Positions 10,624 to 20,614 are shown, numbered from the stretch's first letter. The stretch is DNA of 64,000 nt from Ostreococcus lucimarinus (GCA_000092065.1 CP000591.1); one strand, 5' to 3'. Notes: generated by a model from the letters alone, not told the origin. Translations and numbers: made by a program.

Positions 10624-11850
10624 ATGGATAAATACAGAAAGCAACAACGCAAGCGCGAGATAGAGAAAAACAAGGAACGACGCAAGGAGGCGCGCGCAGT
10701 CGCGGCGCAAACGAAAGATTTGAGTGAATTACAGGCTGAACGTGAGCGACTGGAAAAGGCGAAAAACGCGCCGCAAATCCCAGGACAGCGCCTGCGAGTG
10801 GATAAGATTGATGAAAAGCTCACGTGGCTGTCGAAGCAAATCGACGCGAAGCGAGCAAGCGATGCGCGAGATCGAGAGGCTGGGTTGACGCCGCGAAGCG
10901 CGAAACCGCGAGGGCCGACGTCGACGGCGTACGCGGTTGGGGCGGAACAGTACTATAAACCAGAGGATTCGGTGTATTGGCACCCGAAGTTGAATCCGAC
11001 CGGACGTCCGCCGGCTGGGAAACCGCAGAAGTGGAAGGCAGGGATCGTGGTGGATGAATGCGCGAGCGCTTCGAGACAAGCGTTGCCGGCGGCGACGGCG
11101 GCTAGCGACAGTGATAGCGACAGCGACAGCGACAGCGACGCGATGCCGCCGCCGCCTGGTCCGCCACCAGGGTTTGAATTGGTGATCCCCGCGTTGCCGG
11201 TGAAAGATGATGCGATCGCGGCGGCGAAGACGGACACGAACGACGAGGACGAACCGTTGTTGCCGCCGTCGGCGCCGCCGGACCACGAGGACGAACCGTT
11301 ACCGCCGCCGCCGGTACCAGCGGGCGACGAAGATGGATCAGACTCTGAGGCTTTACCACCACCACCGATGCCGCCGACTGGGACGAGCGGCGGTAACGAA
11401 GTGGAAGTGGCGCCACCGCGCGTTACGGAGACGACGACTGTGGTGCGCCGCGCACCGGTGGGATCGATGCCGCGCGTTGTTCCAGTGCAGAGAAGACCGC
11501 CGCCGCCACCAAAGCACGGTGTCGGTGGTTTCTTCGCCGCCGCTCCTCGGGCAGTACGAAAACCGCCGTCCGATCCGGCGACATTTACGAAGAGCGCTGC
11601 GCCGACGGCGACGCCCATCGTTCGCGCCGAACACAACGTGAAACTGAAAGCACTCGTTCCCGCGAGCGTTCGCGTGAACCGGCAGGAGGCACCCAACGCA
11701 AAACGACAACGCGTTGTAACTGGACGAGCGATTAACGCTGCGCCGAAGGTCGCCGCGTCGTCATCAGCAGGCGGCTCGGGCAAGGCGGCAGACGAAACGT
11801 ACCTCAGCTTCTTAGACGAGATGAGCGAACTAGGGGCGTTCGCAGAGTAG
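10624..11850 (+). CDS. WBP11: WBP11/SIPP1-like splicing factor (WW-domain-binding protein 11)
   Basis: N-terminal basic region KYRKQQRKREIEKNKERRKEARAV resembles the WBP11 N-terminus. Long proline-rich PPPPGPPPG stretches. C-terminus ...VRVNRQE...ADETYLSFLDEMSELGAF matches the WBP11 C-terminal motif (..VRRENK.. DDVYEAFMKEMEGLL). ATG at 10624. Confidence 0.7.
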   Translation: MDKYRKQQRKREIEKNKERRKEARAVAAQTKDLSELQAERERLEKAKNAPQIPGQRLRVDKIDEKLTWLSKQIDAKRASDARDREAGLTPRSAKPRGPTSTAYAVGAEQYYKPEDSVYWHPKLNPTGRPPAGKPQKWKAGIVVDECASASRQALPAATAASDSDSDSDSDSDAMPPPPGPPPGFELVIPALPVKDDAIAAAKTDTNDEDEPLLPPSAPPDHEDEPLPPPPVPAGDEDGSDSEALPPPPMPPTGTSGGNEVEVAPPRVTETTTVVRRAPVGSMPRVVPVQRRPPPPPKHGVGGFFAAAPRAVRKPPSDPATFTKSAAPTATPIVRAEHNVKLKALVPASVRVNRQEAPNAKRQRVVTGRAINAAPKVAASSSAGGSGKAADETYLSFLDEMSELGAFAE

Positions 11851-11881
11851 AATCTAGCACAATTTAGTAATACAACGATCC

Positions 11882-12805
11882 CTAACGCTTCTTTGCGAGA
11901 GCGAGAACTTCGGATTCGCGAACTTCGCACGCCCAGTGCAATAACGTTTGTCTCACTACGGGTGAAATGCGTGAATCGTCCCAACTCGCGTTAGCGTTGA
12001 TAATCTTGTTGATGAGATTCGTCTTCCATCGCCCCTTTTCCCCGCACACGCCTTTCCAACGTGATATTTGCCTGTCGTCTTCGCCGTCGTTCAACCGCCT
12101 TCCCTGATAAAATCTGCAGTACCAGTGAAACCATCCTCGTGGGTCCCGCGAGTCGATCCACCCGCTCTCTTCCCAGTACGTTTGCGTTTGCCCCGCCTTG
12201 ACGCCGTACATGTTCGTCGGAATGTTATATTTGCGACTCGCGTACCAGCTCTTATCTAAGCCCTCGAACCATTCATTCGGAAACTCCGAAGGGTCGATGT
12301 TGCATGGTCCTCGAATACCGGGCTTGCCGCCGCGCGGATGGAAATAGCACCCACCCCACGATCCGGCCGCTATCACTTGCGTGGGCGTGAGGTTGGGCTT
12401 AAAGTCTGGTCTGTCTTTGAACACTAGATGTCCTTTGGTCGGATGTCGCGGCACCGCGCCTCGCCGTTCCGGCAGCGCCAAAGCGCTCTTGCGCAGCGCC
12501 TCCGACGGCGGCGGCGGCGGTTCATACGCCACCCTCGCGCGTCCCGCGGTGCTAACGATCGCTTTATCAACGTCCTTGAACATGTCCTCATCGCTGTAAC
12601 TCTGCACCGCCTTTCGCGCGCGTCCGGACGTGCGTCGCGGCGCTTCGCTCGCTGACGTCACCGCCGCGCTTTTTGAGACTTTCGGCCGCGGTGACGCGCG
12701 GGATTTGCGGACGCTCGCGGCGAGGACGTCGACGCCCAACGCTCGCATTCGTTCTTTGTTCGCGACGATCTTCTTTTCGCGCGCGCGTTCGTATGAATCG
12801 ACCAT
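11882..12805 (-). CDS. Conserved hypothetical protein with W/G/C-rich C-terminal domain (WGGCYFHPRGG...YWEESGWID...WFHWYCRFYQGRR)
   Basis: Long ORF with genome-typical codon usage. Start placed at ATG 12805 because the upstream track start (12946) would overlap the CHORD gene stop (12867) on the same strand. No family recognised from memory. Confidence 0.5.
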   Translation of the reverse strand: MVDSYERAREKKIVANKERMRALGVDVLAASVRKSRASPRPKVSKSAAVTSASEAPRRTSGRARKAVQSYSDEDMFKDVDKAIVSTAGRARVAYEPPPPPSEALRKSALALPERRGAVPRHPTKGHLVFKDRPDFKPNLTPTQVIAAGSWGGCYFHPRGGKPGIRGPCNIDPSEFPNEWFEGLDKSWYASRKYNIPTNMYGVKAGQTQTYWEESGWIDSRDPRGWFHWYCRFYQGRRLNDGEDDRQISRWKGVCGEKGRWKTNLINKIINANASWDDSRISPVVRQTLLHWACEVRESEVLALAKKR

Positions 12806-12866
12806 CGCGCGAGCGAATGACGGTTCATGTTTTTTGTCTTCGCTTTTTACTCTCTCAGTCTCAATT

Positions 12867-13634
12867 CTATGTTTTCTTCGCCGAGCTTGACTGAAATTGG
12901 ATCGGCTTGGCGTCGGCGTCGTGGCGCCCGCGCGCGCACGGCGCAAGCTTTAGAAAGTCATCGAAGTCGTAGACGAGTTTGCCGCAGCACGACCAACCCT
13001 TCTTGGTTTCGTGAAAGATGGGAGCGCCCGAGTGATGTTCGCACGCGTCGTCCGCGTTGTCGCGCTCACGAAACTTTCGTCCGCATCCCGGATTCTTGCA
13101 CGTCTGCTCCGTGTCCAAATCTACCTCGGGTTTGACCTTCTGTGCGACGTCCGGCGTCGTTTCGCGCGCTTCTGTCGTTGAAGTCGTCGCCGGCGACGCG
13201 CTATTCGCGTGCTCGGCGCAATAAAATCCGCTCTTACATCGAACGCACGCGCTCGCGTCGCCCTCGCCTCGCGCGCGCGCTTCCATGGACAAAGGCATCG
13301 CCGGTGCTGCAGGTAATCGCTCAACCACCGCCGCTGCTTCGTCGTCTTCATACGTTATCTTCGCGCACGTGTGCGTCCCGCTCGCGCAACCTTTGATTGA
13401 CATGAACTCCCCGAAGTCGTGCGACGACTTCCCGCAGCACGGCCACGACTTGACGCCGTCTCGAAAGCAAGGTCGTTTCGTGTGATGCACGCACGAACCC
13501 GGGACGTTCCCGGGGCCCGGGGCGTAGTACGCGTCGCATCCGAGTCGTTGACAAGCGTATGTGCCATCGGCTCTGGTGCAGGGCGGAAGCGCGGTCAAGT
13601 CATCTTCGAACGACCGCGGCGTCGGCGTCGACAT
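12867..13634 (-). CDS. CHORD-domain protein (RAR1/CHP-like, two Cys/His-rich zinc-binding CHORD domains)
   Basis: Two CHORD motifs: CQRLGCDAYY...SCVHHTKRPCFRDGVKSWPCCGK...CASGTH and CKNPGCGRKF...CEHHSGAPIFHETKKGWSCCGK...CARGRH. ATG at 13634. Confidence 0.8.
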   Translation of the reverse strand: MSTPTPRSFEDDLTALPPCTRADGTYACQRLGCDAYYAPGPGNVPGSCVHHTKRPCFRDGVKSWPCCGKSSHDFGEFMSIKGCASGTHTCAKITYEDDEAAAVVERLPAAPAMPLSMEARARGEGDASACVRCKSGFYCAEHANSASPATTSTTEARETTPDVAQKVKPEVDLDTEQTCKNPGCGRKFRERDNADDACEHHSGAPIFHETKKGWSCCGKLVYDFDDFLKLAPCARGRHDADAKPIQFQSSSAKKT

Positions 13635-13828
13635 CGATCGACGGCGGACGTGAAATGATTTAATTCTGTGCGCGACGACGCGGCGAGGCGCGCGCGGGGC
13701 GCGATCGAGGGCGTCGCGCACTGCGGTCGACGCGACGGCTTCCGAGCGTTTCGACTACTGCACTCGGTCATAAATTACAACACTGATTGCGATGACGATC
13801 GCTTTGTCGCGACGATGATCGATCGTCA

Positions 13829-14914
13829 TCAAATCGTGGCTCGACTGCCGCCGAGCGCGAGGACGTCGGCATCGGCCGCGTCGACGTCGACGAGCGGCTC
13901 GAACGGCGACGCCCAACGCACGCGCACGCGAGGCATTCGACCATCCGCTCCCGCGGGCGCGCACAGCGACATGACGTGCGACTGCGATGCGCGCGGTTTC
14001 AACAGCGCGAACCGCCAAGGGACGGTACCATCGTCGGTGACATCGCGCAAATCCATCGACCACGTCTTCGCCGCGTCCTCGGCGACGTCCCACGCTATGT
14101 CAAACTCCCTGAACGGACGTCCGGCGATTCCTAACCCTAAAGCCTTAACATACGACTCCTTCGCAGTCCACAACCGCATGAACGCTCGCGCGCGTTCGTC
14201 GTCCGCGACGATATCGCTCAGACGCCGCGTCTCGTCGTCGCTCAACCACCGCCGAGCGAATTTCCCCACATCCGTCCCTATTCGTCTATTCTCATCCTCC
14301 ACATCGATCCCGCACGCATCCCCGTTCGTCGTCACCGCCACCGCGGTGAGCCCGTCGCAGTGGCTGACGCTGAACCCACACCGCGCCGCCAGCGTCGCCG
14401 GTCCGCGCACGCTCGGCTTCCCTCGCGCGCCGTACGCGAACGTCACGTCTCGCGCGTCTCGCGCGTCTTCATCGTACCGCATCAGCACCGTCCGCGCGAA
14501 CGCGCGCGAGATCAACCTCGTGGCGTTTCCCATCAACTCCGTTCGCTCGTCTTCGCTCACCAACGCTTCGGCGCGTCGCGCGAGCTCGTTCTCGCTCGCG
14601 TCGTCGCCTCGCGTCCCCGCGCGCGCGTCGTAGCACCACACGTCGATCGTCTCGCCCGCGTCCCCGCCGCCCGCGCCGCCGTCGTCCGCCTCCACCGACG
14701 TCGTCCGCGCGACGCCGCGCGCGACGCCGCGCTCGAATCGCGCGCGCGCGCGCGTCGTTCGCGTCGTTCGCGCGCCGCGCGCGCGCCGAGTCAACGCCCA
14801 GCGCCCATCGCGCGGCGCCGCCGCGCCGTCCTGCGCGCCCGCGCGGCGTCCGCGCGCGCGCGCGCACTCGCGCGCGCACCATCGCCGCGTCGTCGCGCTC
14901 GCGAACGCGCGCAT
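13829..14914 (-). CDS. Sfp/AASDHPPT-type 4'-phosphopantetheinyl transferase
   Basis: Motifs GARGKPSV, FSVSHCDGL, GIDVE, LWTAKESYVKALGLGI match PPTase family II. ATG at 14914. Arg-rich N-terminus is uncertain. Confidence 0.75.
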   Translation of the reverse strand: MRAFASATTRRWCARECARARGRRAGAQDGAAAPRDGRWALTRRARGARTTRTTRARARFERGVARGVARTTSVEADDGGAGGGDAGETIDVWCYDARAGTRGDDASENELARRAEALVSEDERTELMGNATRLISRAFARTVLMRYDEDARDARDVTFAYGARGKPSVRGPATLAARCGFSVSHCDGLTAVAVTTNGDACGIDVEDENRRIGTDVGKFARRWLSDDETRRLSDIVADDERARAFMRLWTAKESYVKALGLGIAGRPFREFDIAWDVAEDAAKTWSMDLRDVTDDGTVPWRFALLKPRASQSHVMSLCAPAGADGRMPRVRVRWASPFEPLVDVDAADADVLALGGSRATI

Positions 14915-14998
14915 CGTCGCGCCGCGCGCGTCGTCGCGCTGTGCCGGTCAAAGCCGCGATCGCGTCATCACACCGCGACGCGCGCGCGGCGCGCGACG

Positions 14999-17900
14999 AT
15001 GCCCGCGCCGGGCGCGGAGGGGACGGAGCGCGCGTGCGGCGCGTCCGGACGCGCGCTGCGCGACCGCGCGACGCTGAAACACACGAGCAGACAGCAGGAA
15101 ATCATCTTGCAATCGATTCGAGCCACCGAACAGACGATCGGCGCGATCAAACGCGCGTCGCTGAGCGAAGAGATCGAAAGAAGGCGCGAGACGGCGCTTG
15201 GAATCGTGCGTGATATCGATGCGGCGTGGAAGGCGATGCCGGCGGTGCCCGAACGCGGCGCGGGGGCGGCGAGGGAGTGCTTTTTGCAGTGCGACGCCGC
15301 GGGCTGCGGCAAGTGGCGGCGAGCGCCGCGCGCGATGGGCGACGCGCTCGCGGGCGACGCGAAGTTTTACTGCAAAGACGGCCGAGACGGGAGATTTAAT
15401 CGATGCGAGATGGCGCAGGAGGTCGGCGACGATGAGGTGGATAGCATTTTGGATGAGAGCGTCGCGGCGGACGCGGAGGCGCGGGAGAGGTGCAAGCGGG
15501 ACATCTCGAACGAGCGAGGGAGGATGTATCAGAAACGGAAGAGGTTGTTGGAGTTGGAGCGAAGGCACGATATTGGAGAGATCGAACTTCAGGAGGACGG
15601 GACGTACGTGACGCTGGCGAAGCGGGGGAAGAATGGAAAGAATGGGAAGCGTCACGGGAATAACGGCGTCGGCGGACTCGGTTCAAAGGCGCCGCCGCAT
15701 CCTGGTCCGTTCGATGAGTTCGCGTGGGTGCAGTGCGAAGCGGAGGGGTGTGGGAAGTGGCGTAAGGTGAAGCATGCAGCGGTAGAGGGGATGTCGGTGC
15801 GAGATCGTTGGGTGTGCTGCATGAACGAAGACAAGGAGCATTCGACGTGCAAAACGCCTCAGGAGATGAGCGACGAAGACGTTGACAAGTTTAAAGTCGA
15901 TCAAGAGAGGCGAATGATTTTGCACCAGAAGCAATTACAAGAGCACTATGCGCACTTCGCACCGCGAGGGGCGAAGTTGCCCGAAGGTTTGATTCGCGTC
16001 ACGGTGCCGGTGCAGGACACAACGCCGCCCGAGGCGGAGCCGCCCGCCGCGGTACCAGTCGCGGCGCCGGCGCCAGGAACCGCCGAGACCACTAGAATAT
16101 CGATCGACGATGGACCGGAAGACTCGCCCATGTGGGTACCCGGGATACCGCGTCCGATGGCGCCGCTTGTGACGCCGAACACCATTCCTGTGCAAGTGGC
16201 TGTTTCGTGCAACGGGCACGCGGGAGTCTACCTTCCGCGTCGGAACCTGTTTAGATGCCACTGCGAGCAACCAGAACACATGTGTGCGTCGGTGAGCGGC
16301 GATGGTGACGGTCGTTTATTCGGGGGATCAGTTTGGGAGGCGCACTGCGGTAAGGCATCGACGAGAAAGTATAAAGCGTCCGTCAAGGTTCATATGAATG
16401 GGCCGAATCCGCAAATGTTCATTGGCCGCTGGTTCGATCGTGTCGGCTTGAAAGTCGCCGACGCGAAAGGCGGCGGTGGTGGAGGCAAACCGAAGAAGCC
16501 AAAGGTGAAGAGTTTCATTATGGAGCTCGAAGAGGCGATCCTTCCTGGACCGATTAACCAACTGTCGCTTCGTAATTTGATGACCATTTTCGGTTTCATT
16601 TTGGACGGCAGCGCCGTCGGCGAAGTTAAAGTCAAGACTGAAGGTGAGGAAAAGGAAAAGCCGAAGGCTTTGACCGCGAATGAGCGACGTGAAGAAGGTG
16701 CAAAAGAACTCGGGCGATTCGCATCGGTATGTAAGGCGTGGAAGCAGGCGTCGTTGACAGTGTTGAAGACGGCGGGCGTAGCCAAGGCGGAGAAGAAGAA
16801 TTTTGACGGGACCGCGCTGCGAACGCAGTTTACCGTGATTACAGAGTACGTCGACCGCAAAGATGAGAAGGAGTGCCAAATAGAACGCTCAGTGACGCTC
16901 GCGGCTAATCACCCTTTCGACAAAAAGTCAAAGATGAAGACGGCGCACGTCGACGACGGAACCCCTCCCGGGTGGTGGCCGTCGCTCGGTGTCAAGGCGG
17001 AACGTAAAAAGCTCGTCACAGAAGTCATCGAGCAAGAAACCTACGGTGTTGATTTCGTTACCGGTCGCGACGCAACAGAAACACTCAAGCGCGTGCTGCC
17101 CGATTACTCTGAAGACGATGTATGGGGACTTTACAAGCAACTTCTCGCGCAAGTGAACGAAAGCTACGGAGCGATGACTCCCGATACTTTGGCGACGCAA
17201 AACTTGGCGGTTGCCGCTGAAGATCTCGCGGTAAAGCTTGAACGTAAGGCGGACGCTAAGAGTTTAGCGTTTTCAAAGGCTTTATGGAAACTCGCTGCGG
17301 CGGCGATCGAGACGCCAGAATATTATTACGTGCACAGAAAAGGATTTGGCGTCGTGTGCAACCAACCGATTAAAAAGGGTGAGTTTCTCATCGACTTTCT
17401 TGGTGAGATCTATCCACCCTGGGCGTGGGCCGAGAAGCAAGATGCCATCCGTCAGGTGCAAAAGGCACGCGGCCTTCGCGATCGCGGCCCTCCGGAGTTT
17501 TACAACATGCAAATCGAGCGCCCGGGAGGCGACGCAGAGGGTTACTCGGTGCTCTTTTGCGACGCGATGCACGAGAACAACTATGCCGGGCGGCTTTCGC
17601 ACACCTGTGATCCAAACGTCGAAGTCAACTTGAAGGCCATTAATGGCAAGTATGAGATTCATTTCATCACAACTCGAGACATTGCACCTGGCGAAGAGTT
17701 AGCGTACAACTATCACAGCTGTACGGATAACATGAAGGAGGTCGAGATGGCGTTTTGCTTGTGTGGCGCTCGCATGTGTCGAGGTTCGTATTTGAACTTT
17801 GTTGGCGAAGACCACCACTCGCAAGTTTTGGAGAGCAAGCATAAGCTTATCGATCGACAAGTGATGTCGTTCAAGGCGATCGATAAGGCGGCGGATCCGC

Positions 17901-19084
17901 TAACTTCGAAACAAGAGCGATCTCTGGCGGCGGTCGGATTCTATCCTGGGAAAGGTTTACTCAGAAACTGCCCGGGATGGTTGCTTCAGTTTGTGGGTGA
18001 TGTAGCGGTGTACATGGATACCGAGCTCAACGAACTTCCCAAGCACATCCTCGCGGCGGCGAAGAAAGAGCATGCAAAGCTGTTGGAGAAGAACCCGCAA
18101 GCTGAGTTTTCTTACACCGAAAAGTTTGCCAAGATTGATGCGCTTGCGATGCGGGAAAACCGAACGCAGTGCGTCGCCATCATGCTGAGTAAATTGCGTC
18201 GACTTTTGACGCGGGCGCGCGATGATGGTCCGCAGAAAAGCGTGTACGAGTGCATGGATGTGTTTGAAAAGTCCGCACCACCGTACGTTACGCTCACCGA
18301 AGCCGAGATCGCCGCGCATTTTTGGGGGTCTGGTCCGGAGAATTTCGAAAAGTCCATCGTCTGTGGTCTCATTCGCGCCATGGGCCCGCACGAGCGCAAA
18401 AACGACGCGGATAAGTTCATCAAGTGGACTAGTATGGTGGAAAGTGTCGCCGTGGAAGTCCGCAAAGGCAAGATGACGCGTAAAGAGTCATTACTTTGGC
18501 TTCGTGATGAACTAAAAAAGCTCAAGCAAACCGATGGCGCGCGCCACGACCTCGCTGCGGGACTTATTCACTTATACGCCGAGACCAATCGGTTCTGGCA
18601 GCCCTCTTCGGCACCAGAGCATCAAGTTTATAAGAGTGACAAGGTCGCGGTGCGCGAAGACGAAGTCAACGCGTGGGGCGTTGGTGCGGGTGGCGGTGGC
18701 GATAAAATCGTCGCCAGAGTGGAGAAAACGTATCGCCCGGGATTTTCTGCGGCGACGATGCTGCAGTGGCACAAGCAAGAGATGGCCGACCCGACGCAGT
18801 ACATCACCGCGAATCGTAGGGGTAACTTGAGCATGCCAGATATCGCGTGCTGTTATTCCAGTCGTCCCGGACAGCCTCTCGCGAGGTCGAGTGATCGCGA
18901 GCATGAAACCTGGCTGGCGCACTTGCAGAGCTGGCCCGAGGAGCCATGGCCGCAATCAAGCGGGCCGTGGGGGGTCGCAAACTCGCAAAAACTGATCGGT
19001 TCGCCGGTTTTAGATGCTTGGATGAAGGGCCAGCGATCGATTCCGGCTAAATGCTTGGCGTGGTTGAAAACGAACACGGGCTAA
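14999..19084 (+). CDS. SET-domain histone-lysine N-methyltransferase, ATXR3/SDG2-like, with two CW-type zinc fingers
   Basis: Two CW fingers (ECFLQCDAAGCGKWRR...; WVQCEAEGCGKWRKV...WVCC). SET domain plus post-SET motif (RLSHTCDPNVEV...ELAYNY...CLCGARMCRGSYLNF) resembling plant SDG2/ATXR3. ATG at 14999; upstream 213 codons of the track ORF are Arg-rich antisense junk. Starts only 85 bp from the divergent PPTase start. Confidence 0.85.
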   Translation: MPAPGAEGTERACGASGRALRDRATLKHTSRQQEIILQSIRATEQTIGAIKRASLSEEIERRRETALGIVRDIDAAWKAMPAVPERGAGAARECFLQCDAAGCGKWRRAPRAMGDALAGDAKFYCKDGRDGRFNRCEMAQEVGDDEVDSILDESVAADAEARERCKRDISNERGRMYQKRKRLLELERRHDIGEIELQEDGTYVTLAKRGKNGKNGKRHGNNGVGGLGSKAPPHPGPFDEFAWVQCEAEGCGKWRKVKHAAVEGMSVRDRWVCCMNEDKEHSTCKTPQEMSDEDVDKFKVDQERRMILHQKQLQEHYAHFAPRGAKLPEGLIRVTVPVQDTTPPEAEPPAAVPVAAPAPGTAETTRISIDDGPEDSPMWVPGIPRPMAPLVTPNTIPVQVAVSCNGHAGVYLPRRNLFRCHCEQPEHMCASVSGDGDGRLFGGSVWEAHCGKASTRKYKASVKVHMNGPNPQMFIGRWFDRVGLKVADAKGGGGGGKPKKPKVKSFIMELEEAILPGPINQLSLRNLMTIFGFILDGSAVGEVKVKTEGEEKEKPKALTANERREEGAKELGRFASVCKAWKQASLTVLKTAGVAKAEKKNFDGTALRTQFTVITEYVDRKDEKECQIERSVTLAANHPFDKKSKMKTAHVDDGTPPGWWPSLGVKAERKKLVTEVIEQETYGVDFVTGRDATETLKRVLPDYSEDDVWGLYKQLLAQVNESYGAMTPDTLATQNLAVAAEDLAVKLERKADAKSLAFSKALWKLAAAAIETPEYYYVHRKGFGVVCNQPIKKGEFLIDFLGEIYPPWAWAEKQDAIRQVQKARGLRDRGPPEFYNMQIERPGGDAEGYSVLFCDAMHENNYAGRLSHTCDPNVEVNLKAINGKYEIHFITTRDIAPGEELAYNYHSCTDNMKEVEMAFCLCGARMCRGSYLNFVGEDHHSQVLESKHKLIDRQVMSFKAIDKAADPLTSKQERSLAAVGFYPGKGLLRNCPGWLLQFVGDVAVYMDTELNELPKHILAAAKKEHAKLLEKNPQAEFSYTEKFAKIDALAMRENRTQCVAIMLSKLRRLLTRARDDGPQKSVYECMDVFEKSAPPYVTLTEAEIAAHFWGSGPENFEKSIVCGLIRAMGPHERKNDADKFIKWTSMVESVAVEVRKGKMTRKESLLWLRDELKKLKQTDGARHDLAAGLIHLYAETNRFWQPSSAPEHQVYKSDKVAVREDEVNAWGVGAGGGGDKIVARVEKTYRPGFSAATMLQWHKQEMADPTQYITANRRGNLSMPDIACCYSSRPGQPLARSSDREHETWLAHLQSWPEEPWPQSSGPWGVANSQKLIGSPVLDAWMKGQRSIPAKCLAWLKTNTG

Positions 19085-19126
19085 GCGATAAGCATGAGCT
19101 TACAACTTCTTTCGTCGTCGATTTTG
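19083..19126. repeat. 44-bp direct repeat copy 1 (second copy at 19211-19255)
   Basis: AAGCGATAAGCATGAGCTTACAACTTCTTTCGTCGTCGATTTTG recurs 128 bp downstream with two mismatches. Copy 2 lies inside the last codons of the minus-strand exonuclease gene. Copy 1 abuts the SET gene stop codon. Confidence 0.8.
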
Positions 19127-19168
19127 CCTAGAATTCTTTGTAATATTTCACACGACTACTCGCCAATT

Positions 19169-20512
19169 CTAACACTGCTGCTGCTCGCGCTCGCGCGCGA
19201 GTTTCACCGTTAACGCGATAAGCATGAGCTTACAACTTCGTTCGTCGTCGATTTTGGCGTACTCCACAAAATCATTCGCCTTGGGCAACGCGCCGTTGAG
19301 CATGACGTGATCGTCGAAGAACAATGTCAGGTGCTCGGGAATACACAACAACTTGAAATAGAATGCGCAACCCTTGCGCATCGCGGATAATAACGTCGAA
19401 AATACGACGATCCTGTCTGTATCCGTGGTCGTCGCGATGTCGTCCAATGACGCGCCCGCTATGTGCTTCGCGTACACCTCGCGTTCGGTATCCGTGAGCT
19501 CTATTTCGCCCGCGCGCGCGCTTTGAGCGGATAACTCGCCTTTATCGACAGCATCGTCAAAGACGACATCGGTCGGCTCTTCGTCGTCTTCTTCGTCGTC
19601 GACGAACGCGTTCGCCTCGTCTTCGTCCTCGTCCTCGTCCTCGTCCTCGTCTTCAACTTCCTCGTCCGACGACTCGACGGGTTCGGGCAGCGGATCGCAC
19701 TCGTACGGCTCACCCCCGAACGATTCCACCACGTCTCGTTTCATCAGCGCGCGATACACTAGCAGCGACGCCCACGCATCCATGGCGGCGTACTTGATCT
19801 GACTCTCATTCAACTCTTCGCGCTCCCAATTCGACATTCGCGTCTTGTCCTTGGGCAACGTCTTCCCGAGCACGTGTTCGCACAACCTCGCCAACGACCA
19901 CGACGGCGCGCTCGGACACCCACCCTCGAACCGTTCTTTCGCCAAAACGCTCAACTCGATCACCCTCGACGGTTCTAACCCATAATCCCGCACCAACTTT
20001 CTCGCGTCGCCCCTGACGTTGAAGCCCGTCTTCCCCCGCGCGCCGTCTCGCGTCCATCGTTTGAATCGCCGCGTCAACCCCGCGGTGTGAATCCGCGCCA
20101 GCACCACCAATTTTTCGCTCAAATCCTCGTTCGCCACCGCGATCTGCACCAGCGACGTCTTGCTCTCCCCCGCGCCCCGCTTAAACGACACCTTCCACTC
20201 CATGTCGAATCCGCAGTGCTTCGTCGTCGCCGTCGTCCCCGCGCGCGCGTCGAACGCCTCGATCCGCGCCATCGCCTCCTCCAGCTCCCTCGCCGTGCTC
20301 GCGACGACGATCTCCCCATCGTACGTCAGATCGTCCATCGTCGTCGCCCTCGCCCGCGCCGCGCCCGCGCCCGCGCCCGCGCCGTCGCGCGCGTTTTCCT
20401 TCGCCTCTGCGTCGCCCGCCGTCGCGTCGTCCGTTCCCGCCGCCGCTTTCGCGCGTTTCGACGCGTCGCGCGCGCCGTCCGTCGCGCGCGCTCGACGTTT
20501 CGTCGGCGTCAT
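19169..20512 (-). CDS. 3'-5' exonuclease domain protein (DnaQ-like, WRN-exo/EXD-type)
   Basis: Exo motifs GFDMEW (Exo I), GFNVRGDARKL, and KYAAMDAWASLLVYRAL (Exo III YxxxD). Acidic DE-rich linker and a conserved C-terminal region. ATG at 20512 (MTPTKRR). Confidence 0.75.
   Translation of the reverse strand: MTPTKRRARATDGARDASKRAKAAAGTDDATAGDAEAKENARDGAGAGAGAARARATTMDDLTYDGEIVVASTARELEEAMARIEAFDARAGTTATTKHCGFDMEWKVSFKRGAGESKTSLVQIAVANEDLSEKLVVLARIHTAGLTRRFKRWTRDGARGKTGFNVRGDARKLVRDYGLEPSRVIELSVLAKERFEGGCPSAPSWSLARLCEHVLGKTLPKDKTRMSNWEREELNESQIKYAAMDAWASLLVYRALMKRDVVESFGGEPYECDPLPEPVESSDEEVEDEDEDEDEDEDEANAFVDDEEDDEEPTDVVFDDAVDKGELSAQSARAGEIELTDTEREVYAKHIAGASLDDIATTTDTDRIVVFSTLLSAMRKGCAFYFKLLCIPEHLTLFFDDHVMLNGALPKANDFVEYAKIDDERSCKLMLIALTVKLAREREQQQC
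19211..19255. repeat. 44-bp direct repeat copy 2
   Basis: See copy 1. Overlaps codons DDERSCKLMLIA of the exonuclease gene C-terminus. Confidence 0.8.
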
Positions 20513-20578
20513 CGTCGCGCGTCGCGCGTCGCCGTCCGTCGCGCGTCGCCGTCCGTCGTTCGCTTTCGCTCGAATCGC

Positions 20579-20614
20579 GTCTCGGCCGTCTCGGCCGTCT
20601 CGGCCGTCTCGGAC
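20579..20614. repeat. 9-bp tandem repeat (GTCTCGGCC)x3 plus variant in the exonuclease/ViaA-like divergent intergenic region
   Basis: Visible. A similar (CGTCTCGGA)x3 lies at about 20772-20800 inside the ViaA-like 5' coding region. Confidence 0.7.
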
